Source of the DNA: Veleropilina oligotropha
Taxonomy: Eukaryota
Direction of reading: 5' to 3'
Length of the DNA: 64,000 bases
Assembly (NCBI GenBank): GCA_048128005.1
Contig: JBEUKZ010000019.1
Location: 558,001 to 622,000, forward strand
The notes under the pieces are model-generated. The model was not told the DNA's origin. It saw only the letters and a list, made by a program, of their open reading frames with translations, and ran no database searches. Below, piece by piece: positions 22,550 to 33,284 of this stretch (positions within the stretch are counted from its first letter, which is position 1; each line of letters opens with the position of its first letter). The position numbers were made by a program, and so were the translations under genes.

Positions 22550-23540
22550 TAAGCTTGCGAGGATGTACTACAGCCCTAAGGGCTACTGGAAAGGCATTGC
22601 AGCCATCAAGAAACTAGCGGAGGCTGCCAAGGCGTCTGAAATGGAGGCCCGGACATGGCTTAAGAGGCAGGCTATATGGCAGATCTATTTACCTGCGCCA
22701 CGGCGGATTCCAAGACCAAAATTCGACGTCGTAACGCCAAACGAGGTTCACCAAGCCGACCTCCTGTTTCTCCCCCATGACAAGGTCGGCCGTAAAACCT
22801 ATAAGTACGCTTTGACTGTGGTTGATGTGGCCAGTCGCTTTAAAGAAGCTGAGCCTCTGGCCACAAAAGAGGCCAAAGGGGTTGCTGAAGCTCTGTCTCG
22901 AATCTACAGGCGGAGTCCTCTTAGCTGGCCGAAATTGCTTCAGGTTGATCCAGGGCGAGAGTTCATGGGGACGGTCTCCCAGCTGCTGGCAAATAATAAT
23001 GTCGAGGTTAGGCGTGGCCGTGTGGATCTCCATCGCGATCAAGGGATCGTGGAGCGCTTCAACCGGACGCTCGCTGAGCGGCTCTTCGGGCACCAGTATG
23101 CAACAGAGATGAGTTTTACAGGGTCTGCGAAAGAGGGTCAAAGGTCAACTGAGTGGGTCGCCAGGCTGCCCGCCGTTGTTGCGGCGTTGAATGGGGAAGT
23201 GACCAGGCTGACCGGTAAAAAGCCCAAGGACGCCATCAAGGCACCTCGCGTTGCACAAAATCCTTCTTCCACTGTTCCAGGCCGACAGGGGAAGGAACAG
23301 AAACTCCCCTCTGACGTAGATGTTCGATACCTATACCAACCCGGTGAGTTGGAGGGTGGTCGCCGGCGAGCGACTGACCCGGTGTGGTCTCTAAAAGTGC
23401 ACAGGCTTGGACGCTCTGTCACTAAACCTGACGAGCCTGTGCTCTACTACTTGCTTGATGGACCACCGCGTGGGTTCGTTCGTGAGGAACTTCTCGTGGT
23501 GCCTCGTGACACCCAACTGCCGCCGGTTCTCAGGCGTTAA
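22542..23540 (+). CDS. Retroviral-type (rve) DDE integrase, Polinton-like
   Basis: HQADLLFL (D), LTVVDVASRF, LQVDPGREF (D), GIVERFNRTL (E); intact ORF. Confidence 0.93.
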   Translation: MDSKLARMYYSPKGYWKGIAAIKKLAEAAKASEMEARTWLKRQAIWQIYLPAPRRIPRPKFDVVTPNEVHQADLLFLPHDKVGRKTYKYALTVVDVASRFKEAEPLATKEAKGVAEALSRIYRRSPLSWPKLLQVDPGREFMGTVSQLLANNNVEVRRGRVDLHRDQGIVERFNRTLAERLFGHQYATEMSFTGSAKEGQRSTEWVARLPAVVAALNGEVTRLTGKKPKDAIKAPRVAQNPSSTVPGRQGKEQKLPSDVDVRYLYQPGELEGGRRRATDPVWSLKVHRLGRSVTKPDEPVLYYLLDGPPRGFVREELLVVPRDTQLPPVLRR

Positions 23541-26500
23541 CAACCGCAAATCCTCTTTTTCGGTTACATTCAAGGCACGTTAAGCGCACGTTGTCGCGGA
23601 TGTGGCCCCTGCGGTTGTCCACACGGTCGACACTGAACTGCTGTGTGTCTTTGGGCTGGTAGGCCCAGAGCAGCTCTATGTTACATGCTGCGCATCGGTT
23701 GTTTTGGGCCTCTCTGAGCCGCAGGATGTCGTCGACCTTGAGGTTAAACCCCGGGAGTCCCTTTGCCTGGTCCTGGCGCATGTATGCCACGAGCTTCCTC
23801 TGGATGGTTTTTCGGAGCTGCTGCTTGCTCTGCTGCGCTTGGGGCGGCCTGTCCTCAGAACCCTCATCTGGAGGACAGGTTACCCGCTCGAGCTGATGCA
23901 GATACTCCACCCGGGACACGGCTAGGTAGGCGAGATTACTCCACTGAAGGTAGTCGTCGATGATCCAGACTTTCTGTGGGTCGTGAATGGTAAGACCCTG
24001 GCTCGAATGGATGGTGAGAGCATAGCCCAGGCGCCAATCCGGGGTCAGGATAGCCTGCTCAGCGGCCTCAATCGTGACCTCAACGACGTCGTTGAGAACT
24101 AGCTCCTCTCTTTCATCGGTGCCCGGAATGGTTACCATGATATTTTGCTTACGGGTGTCCCTGGGGTGATAAAGGATAGGTACCGGGGAGTCTGGGAAGT
24201 GCTCCTTGTGCCTCTGGAGCAACAGCTGTTGAGCCCGTTCGCGGACCTTCTGACGGCTGGTGAGGATTAGGTCGCCTGGCCTCCAGGTGTTGACAAACCG
24301 ATCCCATCCAAGGCAGCTGGGGAGACTCTTACGCATTTCCCCGCACTGGATTTTGTCGGGCTGGAGACGTATACGTCTTTTCAGGGCTTGGAGGGCAGGG
24401 TCGTCTTTCGCCCTGTAGTCTACTTCGATCTCCTCATAGTAGTCCGCGGTCTGTCGCAGCCAATCGTGCGGCATCTCGCCCGTAATCGGTGGTGGCTGGC
24501 CCTGATCGCCACAGCAGATAACCTGAACTTCGTGGTGGCCCAGCCAGTCCAAGAACATCTCGAGGATAGGCCGGGGAACAGTACAGACCTCGTCCCAGAT
24601 AATGACGCGGGGGATGAACTTCTGACCCATGCGGTCGGGTGTCCAGTCAGTCTGGCCGCTCCATCGGAAGAAACTGTGGTAGGTCTGGGCTTTGACGCCT
24701 CTGGTTCGCATCTCTTTAGCGAGGCGGTGGGTTGGCGTGAATACAATGGGATTCCTTGCCCGGAAGAGCTCGATCGCTCTCGTAGTCTTGCCACAGCCCC
24801 CTCCACCATTGAGGTAACTCAGGCGATGGTGGGTCAGCGTGTCATTGTAGCAAGGCGCGGTGCTTGGCTGGCTGGAATTGGCGGCACAACAATACTCTGG
24901 CTTGGGCAGGTATGCGGCATGTTCCTGTGGCAGGTAAAGCTGTTCCCCCTTGTCACGCCACTGGGCCGGTGCTACTGGCGGAAGGTACGTCTCCCCGATC
25001 AGACAGGAGATGCACGATTTATCGCCACAGTCGCAGAGCTGTGGGGCAACGTACACCGTGACATCGTCGAGCTTCTCCAACGAGGCCTTCTTGAGGTAGA
25101 TGCTGTCAGTGGCCACTCGGACAGCTTCCTCAGGGGTGAAACGCTGAAGCATGCTCAAGAGGCTTATGTGGGCATAGGCCAGCATCGATGCCCTCAGGTG
25201 GGCGTACTGAGGCTGGGAGCCATCATAGTACGTGAGGATGTGACCCATAGGGCATCTCTGAGGTGCGCCGACCAGGGTACCGCTTTGGCGGGTGTCTCTT
25301 ACGAGGAAGTCAAGCTCTCCCTGGTCAATCACCAGTCTACGGGTCAATCTTTTGCCGTCAGCCTTGGCGCCTTGGGTGAATTTGCCGATAATACGGCATC
25401 CCTGGTCACGATTCTCAGGAAGCCAGACATCGGTTTGCTTTCTGAACGCGATGATGGCTTCTCGGATCTTGAGGCTTTTTAGCAGTCCAGATTCTATGAG
25501 GAAGGCGAGCAGAGGCGTCGGGGCCCATCCATTCTCTGCAAAGTGCTTTCCGAACCAGGCGGGAATGACGGGGTGGATGTCTTGTGCGAACTCCCATTCC
25601 ACGACCTCGGCAAACCCGGTACCGATTTCTCGGGGTAGAGGACCGTTAATTGCGACCCGGGTCATGCTGTGGGTTGGGTGCCCGAATCTTTCGAAGTACG
25701 GCTTAGCCTCGCCCTTCCCCAGAAAGCTGGCAGGGTAGCAGGCTTTCATGTCGATGCAGCAGACATCGCCCGTATCGTAGTTCATGGAATTCCAGAGACC
25801 GCCGTGGCCATGCTCTACGCAGGCCTTCTGGATATCATCGAGCAGGCCCGCTGGGGTAGGTTTCCAGCCGTTAGTCTCCTTAGCCATAATGCTAGCTGCA
25901 TGGTTCTCGCCGAAGGCTCGATCGGCTAGGGACTCATTCCCCAGCGCTGTACAGGCTTCTTGAAGTCTCTCGTGAGCCTCTTTTGTCCGGTACGTGCGGC
26001 CATCTTGCAGCACGAACTGGTCCACGTTGAGCTGTCGGTCTGTACCGCCTAGGAGCCAGACAGCCAATGGCTCATTATGTGTGGCTTGTCGGATAGCTTC
26101 CCAGACATCGCCCTCATACAGGTGGACCTCGCGAGACTGCGGAAAGTGTAGGTCCTTGTCCAGGCGTGGCCGTTGTGACAGATGAGTTCTACTTGTCTGA
26201 ATGTATGGTTTCCTTGACCGCGGTATTTACCACTGTTGTAGATGTCGGCACCTGCGATGTCTCGCACGATGATCGCCCGTTTCAGTATCTTCTCGAGGAT
26301 GGATATATCATCCACAGTGGCGCCTGTTACATGAACTCGCGCCTCCCACTCCTGTATTTTCTGCCGCCTTATCGGGGTGAGTCCGTTTCCTCTCAGGGCA
26401 CCTTCGAAGTGCTCAACCACTCTCTGGGCAACGCAGTTGAGATCGCCGTTCTTCATTGGAACCAGGTTGGCTGGGTTTGGTTCTCTGAGAGGGTAGAGGC

Positions 26501-27218
26501 CGTAGACGACTGCAGTAACCGGGTAGGCATTCTCGTAGTAGGCTTTGTCGACCCCAGTGATAGCACCTGGCTTAGTGTCCTGAGAGATCTCAACGACACC
26601 CTGGCCCTTCTTCCTCGCAGCCTTCACCGGGTCAAACTTGTCTTCGACCACCCAGTCGCCTTCACCCCACTCCCGCAAGAACTTTATCCTCAGGAGAAAC
26701 TCACCCTTGGGAAGGGCTGTGAGGAGCTGTGCCGCTCTCGCGTCTGTCATACGGGCATCCAGGGCCAGCCGGCCAGCCCTCGCTTCGATGTTCTCTACTT
26801 CTACCCTCCATGTGGAGAAGGCCGCCGCGGCGCCATCGACCTCAAACTCGTCTTTGGCGTCGTTCAAGAGTTCCACCCACGGCTCTTTTGCTGGGAGCCT
26901 TACAGGGGGAGGGGCCTGGTCATCCAGGTCGATGAATTGTTGCCCCTCTGTTGTGGTAAACAGCCCTAGTAGATCATTCTGGTAGTCCTGGGCTGTCCGG
27001 GGCTTTTTGGAGAGGGGGATTGGGTCAAATTCCTCAACAATGGCTTTCCGCTTTCTCTCCGTTTGGGGATCCTTGGATGGGACCAGAGGCTTCAACAAGC
27101 GCTCCTTCACGTCTTCCGGGATTGGTTCGTCTAGAATATTCTGAACCACGTCCCGGAGAGTTTCAGATGCCTGCATGTCTGCGAGCAGTTGGTCTATATA
27201 GTCATCCATAGTCGACAT
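23530..27218 (-). CDS. Family-B DNA polymerase core - SF1 helicase - HNH fusion (~1,230 aa, one frameshift near 26160)
   Basis: PolB-like IDMKACYP, IIGKF, VATDSI. Helicase GGGGCGKTT, IWDE, GDQGQ, YALTIHSSQG, YLAVSR. C-terminal CxxC...DRVDNRRGH..DNV...CLECN. The 389-aa ORF reads into the 845-aa ORF with one added base (HNGHAW-x-KDLHFPQSR...EPLAVWLLGG). Confidence 0.85.
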
Positions 27219-27246
27219 GTTGCCGGGCGGGCATACACTAAGATCT

Positions 27247-27591
27247 TTACTTCTCTAATAGGAAATTTACGTGTGGTAAATTGCAGCCAAGCGGAGAAAC
27301 TCTCTCCGGAAGGCACTTTTCCATAGAGTTCTCACTCTTATACCCACAGCCCTTACACAACGTAAACCGGTTGAAGACGCCTTTGCCGCATTTGATGCAG
27401 GGCTTTGTGACCCAGCCATTTCGCCGTAGCCGAGCCAGGTGGACTTTACAGAACTCTTTCAGACAACTCTTACCACATAGTTCTGTGGAGCTTATAGTAA
27501 GCCAGTGACAGGTGTCTGTGCCCTTCATCGTATCCTTTGCAGTGGGTATATCCTGTGATGTGGGTATATCTAATAGGACACTTATCGCCAT
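27247..27591 (-). CDS. Viral small Cys-rich zinc-finger-like protein
   Basis: C..CGKSC...C..H and CxxC...CxxC clusters; co-oriented just upstream of the polymerase. Confidence 0.6.
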   Translation of the reverse strand: MAISVLLDIPTSQDIPTAKDTMKGTDTCHWLTISSTELCGKSCLKEFCKVHLARLRRNGWVTKPCIKCGKGVFNRFTLCKGCGYKSENSMEKCLPERVSPLGCNLPHVNFLLEK

Positions 27592-27961
27592 GCAACTGCA
27601 CGCTACCAGCGGGAACTACATACTTACATAACAGCTGCTCGGGGATTCCCTGTCCTCAAACACATTTCCGGCTTTCCTAGCATATATTAATAGCCCGTTC
27701 AGCCGTCTACTGTGGCCTCATTCATGCTGCTGCTCTTATCGCCACACGCGTCTATTATTAGCCCGTTCAGCTCGCTGCTGACCCAGATTTCCTATTAGAG
27801 GTATGAAGATCCTAGTATATACCCGCACTATGTCGCGGTAAACATGGGCATTATTTCTCACTGTTATCTACCGGCTGTGCGTCAGATAGTTGCACGCTCG
27901 CAAGCGGGAATTATATATTTATCTAAACTGGATGCAATCTCGCCATGCAATTTGCACGGAA

Positions 27962-28136
27962 TGAAGCCCCCTTGTATTTCAGCCGTAGCCTGGGGTGTCT
28001 TCTCGACCATCTGTCGGCCCTCTTGAAGCCCCCTTGTATTTCAGCCGTAGCCTGGGGTGTCTTCGACCATCTCTCGGCCCTCTTGAAGCCCCCTTGTATT
28101 TCAGCCGTAGCCTGGGGTGTCTTCTCGACCATCTCT
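27962..28136. repeat. Three tandem 60-62-bp repeats in the viral right arm
   Basis: TGAAGCCCCCTTGTATTTCAGCCGTAGCCTGGGGTGTCTTC... at 27962, 28024 and 28084. Confidence 0.9.
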
Positions 28137-28509
28137 CAGCATTTTCTCCACGCAGCCTTCTTCCTCAAGAATTCGAAACGCAACATGCGAAAGCATTCTG
28201 AGGAGGTCGTTGTGACATATGCATCAGATCTTATAAATACTAAAGCCTGACAGTTCTTATATAGTCAGGTAGCCATGGCAGGCAAGAGAGGAGGTGTCTC
28301 GTCACTTATGATGTGAATATTAAATCACAACAACGTTGAACATAGACTACGTTGATTAAAATAAAACCTACAACACTCTAGACATATTGTAAAGCCGATT
28401 AAATCCCGAATCCTTAATTAGTTAACTGTCCATTGATTATAATGTGGCCACATTATCCAGTCAATCTTTATTTGATACTGAGGCAATGTATTTCAGTCGA
28501 CAACAATAG

Positions 28510-28866
28510 GGTGGTGGGCTAGCGGAAATGGCTACCGATTGAACAGTTTGTAATGTTTTTCCAAACGGTCGACGGTTCCCGGGCGAGAAATGAACGACGC
28601 AATTTTGGATCTATCGCACGATCCTTAGCTTCCAATATTAACAGGCGAAACACCTAAAAGCGAAACCCGGAAGTTAGTGGAAAAAGTAAAAATTCGCAAA
28701 CGGTAGTGGGCTAGGGGAAATGACGACCGATTGACGAGTTTGTAACATCTTCCAGAACGGTCGACGGCTCCTGGGCGAGAAATGAACGGTGCAACGTTTG
28801 AGTTATCGCACGATCCTTAGCTCCCAATATTAACAGGCGAAACGGATAAAAGCGAACTCCGGAAGT
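28510..28866. repeat. Two diverged ~165-bp direct repeats (period 192) in the viral right arm
   Basis: 28510-28674 vs 28702-28866 share GGGCGAGAAATGAACG, TATCGCACGATCCTTAGCT and CCAATATTAACAGGCGAAAC. Confidence 0.85.
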
Positions 28867-29114
28867 GTATATCAAGAAAGTTATAGCGAAGTTATCTCCC
28901 CTACACCATTATTTAGATGTGTTTTCAAGTTGAGATTTTTTTGGATTTCTCGATGCCACAATGTGTAGAATTGTCGGCAAAAATTAAATAGTTGGGTCAA
29001 AATATTTTACAAGATGGCGGCTCTTTTCGATTACCGGGTTGTGTCATTTTGGGGTGATGCTAATGGAAAAAATAATAAATATTATAGTTTGAGCGACGTA
29101 ACTAGGCAACCAGG

Positions 29115-29212
29115 GGTGCATTCATCCCTACTCTAAGCTACCCTAGGCTCGGAACGGGTGCTGGGAGCCGTATTTTCCCATTCTAAAAAGTCTACTGACC
29201 CCCCCTGCTGCT
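29115..29212 (-). repeat. Right terminal inverted repeat of virus
   Basis: GGTGCATTC...CCCCCCCTGCTGCT, followed by TATGA and resumption of the satellite. Confidence 0.95.
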
Positions 29213-29474
29213 TATGACAACTCCATTTATACGACTGCACAGTCACTTTGAGAGTTATGACAACTCCATTTATACGACTACACAGTCACTTTGAGAGTTA
29301 TGACAACTCCATTTATATGACTACACAGTCACTTTGAGAGTTATGACAACTCCATTTATATGACTACACAGTCACTTTGAGAGTTATGACAACTCCATTT
29401 ATATGACTGCACAGTCATTTTGAGAGTTATGACAACTCCATTTATATGACTACACAGTCATTTTGAGAGTTATG
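29213..29474. repeat. 43-bp satellite, right part (~6 units)
   Basis: Same unit and register as 12459-13102. Confidence 0.95.
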
Positions 29475-29821
29475 CATCTAATGTGGAGAAATTATTGAAG
29501 TCATGTAATGTCTGTAGTTGCCATAATGTATTAAAATGTGATTTCTGTCACATTGAAGATTAACTGCTGAACATGCGCTAGCCATATGTGTCATACACCA
29601 TGTATGTCATCGGGCCTTGCCTAATTTCAATTGATGTCATATATTGTGTAGTTGCGTTCTGTCAGTTGGGAGATTTCTTTCTGTAACATTAAAGAAGATT
29701 TGGTATGTATGCATTAATACACGGTGTAAACCGGCAAAATCTAAGAGATTATTGTTCAATTAATTGTAAATAGCAAGTTCATTAATAAATTAATATTGAA
29801 ATGTAAATCTTCAGAATTTAA

Positions 29822-31545
29822 AGGCCGGGAAAAGTGACCCCCTGGTCGATTTTTTGCCCATTGCCCATACAAGTTTGCCTGTGAAGTCCGGAGGCGATCA
29901 TTGCTCTAACAATTAAAAACACACTTCGTAATTGGTTTCTGTTGTTATGCCCCCTAAACGAAGTTTGGGGGCATATAGTGTTGCACACGTCCGCCCGTCC
30001 GTCCGTCCGTCCGAACTTCGTTTCCGGGCTATAACTTTAGAATGCCTTCATGGATTTAAATTAAATTTGGTATTCAAGTGTATGATCATAATACCGAAGT
30101 CAAGTTCGATTACGGCAACATTCCGCATTTCCATTAAGGAGTTATGCCCCTTGATTCACTTTGAAACATTTTTTCATTTCCGGACGGTAACTTCAGAATG
30201 CCTTCATGGATTTGCATTAAATTTGGTATTCACGTGTATGATCATAATACCGAAGTCAAGTTCGATTTCGGTAACATTCCGATTTCCCATAAAGGAGTTA
30301 TGCCCCTTGATTCACTTGGAAACATTTTTTCATTTCCGGGCGGTAACTTCAGAATGCCTTCATGGATTTACATTAAATTTGGTATTCGCATGTATGATCA
30401 TAATACCCAAGTCAAGTTCGATTTCGGTAACATTCCGAATTTCCATAAAGGAGTTATGCCCCTTGATTCACTTTGAAACATTTTTTCATTTCCGGGCGGT
30501 AACTTCAGAATGCCTTCATGGATTTGCATTAAATTTGGTATTCCCATGTATGATCATAATACCGAAGTGAAGTTCGATTTCGGTAACATTCCGAGTTTCC
30601 ATTAAGGAGTTATACCCCTTGATTCACTTTGAAACATTTTTTCATTTCCGGGCGGTATCTTGAGAATGCCTTCATGGATTTACATAAAATTTGGTATTCA
30701 CGTGTATGATTGTAATGGCTAAGTGCAGTGAGATTTCGGTAAAATTCCCATGTTCCATAAGGGAGTTATGCCCCTTGATTCACTTTGAATTTTTTTTTCA
30801 TTTCGTGGCGGTAACTTCAGAATGCCATCATGGATTTAAATTAAATTTGATATTCACGTGTATGATCATAATAGCTAAGTGGAGTTAGATTTCGGTGACA
30901 TTCCGCCTTCACATAAGGGAGTTATGTCCCTTCATCAACATGCAATATTTTTTTCCATTTTCGGCCGATAACATGATAATGCCTTCATGGATATAAATTA
31001 CATTTGGTATACATGTGTAATATCATTGGAAACAAATTTTATGCCCGGTCCCCTGCAAAACGAAGAATGGAGAGCATTTATTGTTACACATGTGTTGTCT
31101 CTCGAATGAATGCTTTACATTCTGCGCTATAAATTAAATTAATTTGATATACACATGTATATCAGAATATCTTAGTGGAGTTTCATTTCTATAATTTCCC
31201 AACTTCATTTAGGAGACCTAGGACTTTAATTATTAATTTAATTTTGATTTCTATTCTGGACGATAACTTTTGAATACATTCATGGAATGAAACTATATTT
31301 GGAATATAGGTGTATACTTATTCATACATTGTTAAATGCGTAAATTCAATGTTAAGAGAGTTATTGCTTTTCACTTCGAATTTCTTTCATTCCTGGCAGT
31401 TGTTTCAGAGGGGGCATTCGTGTCACTCTGACATATCTAGTTTTAACCATGTGTCAACCAATCGATGTCGATGTGGTCTGATCGGTTTCCAAATCAGAAA
31501 TGAGAAGACCACTAGCTAGCCCCTTTTATAGTGGCACCCCGGCCT
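29822..31545. mobile_element. TTAA-flanked MITE (Kolobok-like) interrupted by a HINE
   Basis: TTAA|AGGCCGGG ... CCCGGCCT|TTAA. Confidence 0.55.
29945..31444 (+). mobile_element. HINE/Helentron-like non-autonomous element with 156-bp internal tandem repeats
   Basis: 5' hairpin ATGCCCC...GGGGCAT, (GTCC)n microsatellite, 156-bp core array, 3' GGGGCATTCGTGTC...CTAGTTTT. Second copy at 38980-40148. Confidence 0.75.
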
Positions 31546-32177
31546 TTAACCAACATCTTTTAAAATGCCTAACTTGCAACAAAAATAACGACAAGATAAT
31601 ATTAAAAGAAATATGCTGCGGTGCTGTGCACTTTCAGTGCACCACTTTCAGTGCACCTCTTTCAGTGCACCCCTTTCAGTGCACCACTTTCAGTGCACCT
31701 TTATTCCAAAACACAAATTCAGAAAACTACTCCTGAATTCGCTCAGGAAAATACTCATTCGCTCATTCCTTCAAATCAGGCTATATTAATTATGTATTTT
31801 CGTATCTTCAGTGCTTCAGCACTTTTCAAGCTTTACTCTCTCTAAGTTTATTAATGACATCACACCAGTTGCAATTTATGGGATATTCTAAATGCACAAT
31901 CAACTGGTTATTGGAGAATCCGCTGATTTGTTTGATCAGGTACGTGATGTGAATCTGAAGAGTTTCCTCAAACAGTTGATTATTTATCTCATAACCGAAA
32001 CAAATACTAAAACTTGTACAGTAACAGAGAATGTGCAAATGAACAATCTGATATCGAGTTTAACATGGTTTTATATCAAACTCCACGTGATGTCATTAAG
32101 ACCAATCATTTGTCACAGATTTCATGAAATGAAAACAGTTTGTATAAAAGAACTTTTGATATTGTATTGTATTGCAG

Positions 32178-32319
32178 GATGCCTCTGGATATTCAGTTGA
32201 TGCTCCACAAATAGTCATTGAGCCGCCCAACCAAAATGCCGCTCTCAAAAATTCATTAGAAGCACAGATGCAAAACCTTCGCTTAGCGCACGATGATGAC
32301 GACGATATTGGAATGTCGG
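32178..32319 (+). CDS. FAM120A: FAM120A/C-like exon
   Basis: ttgcag| DASGYSVDAPQIVIEPP...DDDDDIGMS |gtgagt. Phase 0 in, phase 1 out. Confidence 0.7.
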
Positions 32320-32452
32320 GTGAGTATGCAAAATTAAGTACCAGACAGTGACTCTATACGAATGTAGTGACGTGACATTGACAGGCTTGAAGGTCATGTT
32401 GTTGCGTGTTGCAAGGGAGTATCCTAGGTGAACGTGATGCATTTCGGTAGGT

Positions 32453-32982
32453 ATCTGATAAATAGAGGATATCGAACGAGTGTCCATTCCATATGAGAAT
32501 TATGAAACGAGTCGGGCACAATTTATGTACCGAGCCTTGGCGAGGTACATAAATTTGCTGACGAGTTTCATAATTCTCATATGAAATGGACACAAGTTTC
32601 ATATCTTCTTTATCACATGACTTTATTAACCTTTAAACTTATTTAATTGCGTTTTAAAACACATTTCTTTACGTTTTAAAACTAATTTATGTCAGTACTT
32701 TCAGTCATAAATTGCCATTGCCTCAGACGCATCACGCCTCGAAAGCACGCGCCACGCCAGTACGCCAATAAAAAATAGTTCAACGTCAGTAATCAACGAA
32801 TCAACGCGTATGAATTATTCAATATGTTAATGAGGGTGATGCGCCGCCTAATCAGCTTGGCGTCAGATGCGACGACAGGGCATCTCCTCTCCCTCATTTG
32901 CATACTTATGAGACGTGTCTTTTTATATAGAAATTTATGGAACGGCTACCACAGTTCCATAACAGTTTTGTCATGTGATAAA
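32453..32982. mobile_element. Crypton-like non-autonomous element with long terminal hairpin
   Basis: Fold-back 32458-32612 plus short inverted TTTATCACATGAC / GTCATGTGATAAA. Confidence 0.45.
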
Positions 32983-33284
32983 TACAGATGTTGTATCAGT
33001 AGTCATGCCTGTTGCTACCTGCTTGAATTTCAAAAACCATCTGAGAACATGAAGGGTTTGTTTCCTTAACTCTTTGCATGCTGTGTTGTGTATTCAGTAA
33101 CTCAATGAGAATTAGGCAGCATTTGGTGGCAATGCTGCCACCAGTGGCCAAAGAGTTTAGATAAATCTTGATTCATATCTAACAGGCAGACCTGTACATA
33201 GGACCATCTAATGGATCCTTAACTCTTTGGCTGCTTGGGGGCAGGATATGCCACCCAATTCCCATTGAATTCACAGCATGTTAA

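Larger units (their letters stand above)
13103..29212. mobile_element. Full-length endogenous Polinton-like dsDNA virus (16.1 kb)
   Basis: 98-bp TIRs, AG...CT termini, TATGA duplication, dense intronless ORFs, rve integrase, packaging ATPase, capsid-like genes, PolB-helicase; visibly GC-richer than flanks. Confidence 0.92.

Noticed and set aside
26049..26230. Programmed -1 ribosomal frameshift in the replicase
   Set aside because: No canonical X XXY YYZ slippery heptamer found in the overlap; a 1-nt deletion is simpler.
24388..26969. Long + strand ORFs (364 aa, 267 aa) and similar antisense ORFs such as 14153-14773 and 19687-20295
   Set aside because: Shadows of GC-rich genes on the opposite strand, with no motifs.
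13103..29212. Bacterial prophage or contaminant contig
   Set aside because: Clean TSD within a host satellite, TIRs and an rve integrase indicate genuine eukaryotic integration.
29932..30570. 212-aa repeat protein
   Set aside because: Translation of the 156-bp (52-codon) tandem unit of a HINE-like element; other units contain stops.
31622..31700. Short CTTTCAGTGCACC repeats as a regulatory array
   Set aside because: Simple low-copy minisatellite with no supporting context.
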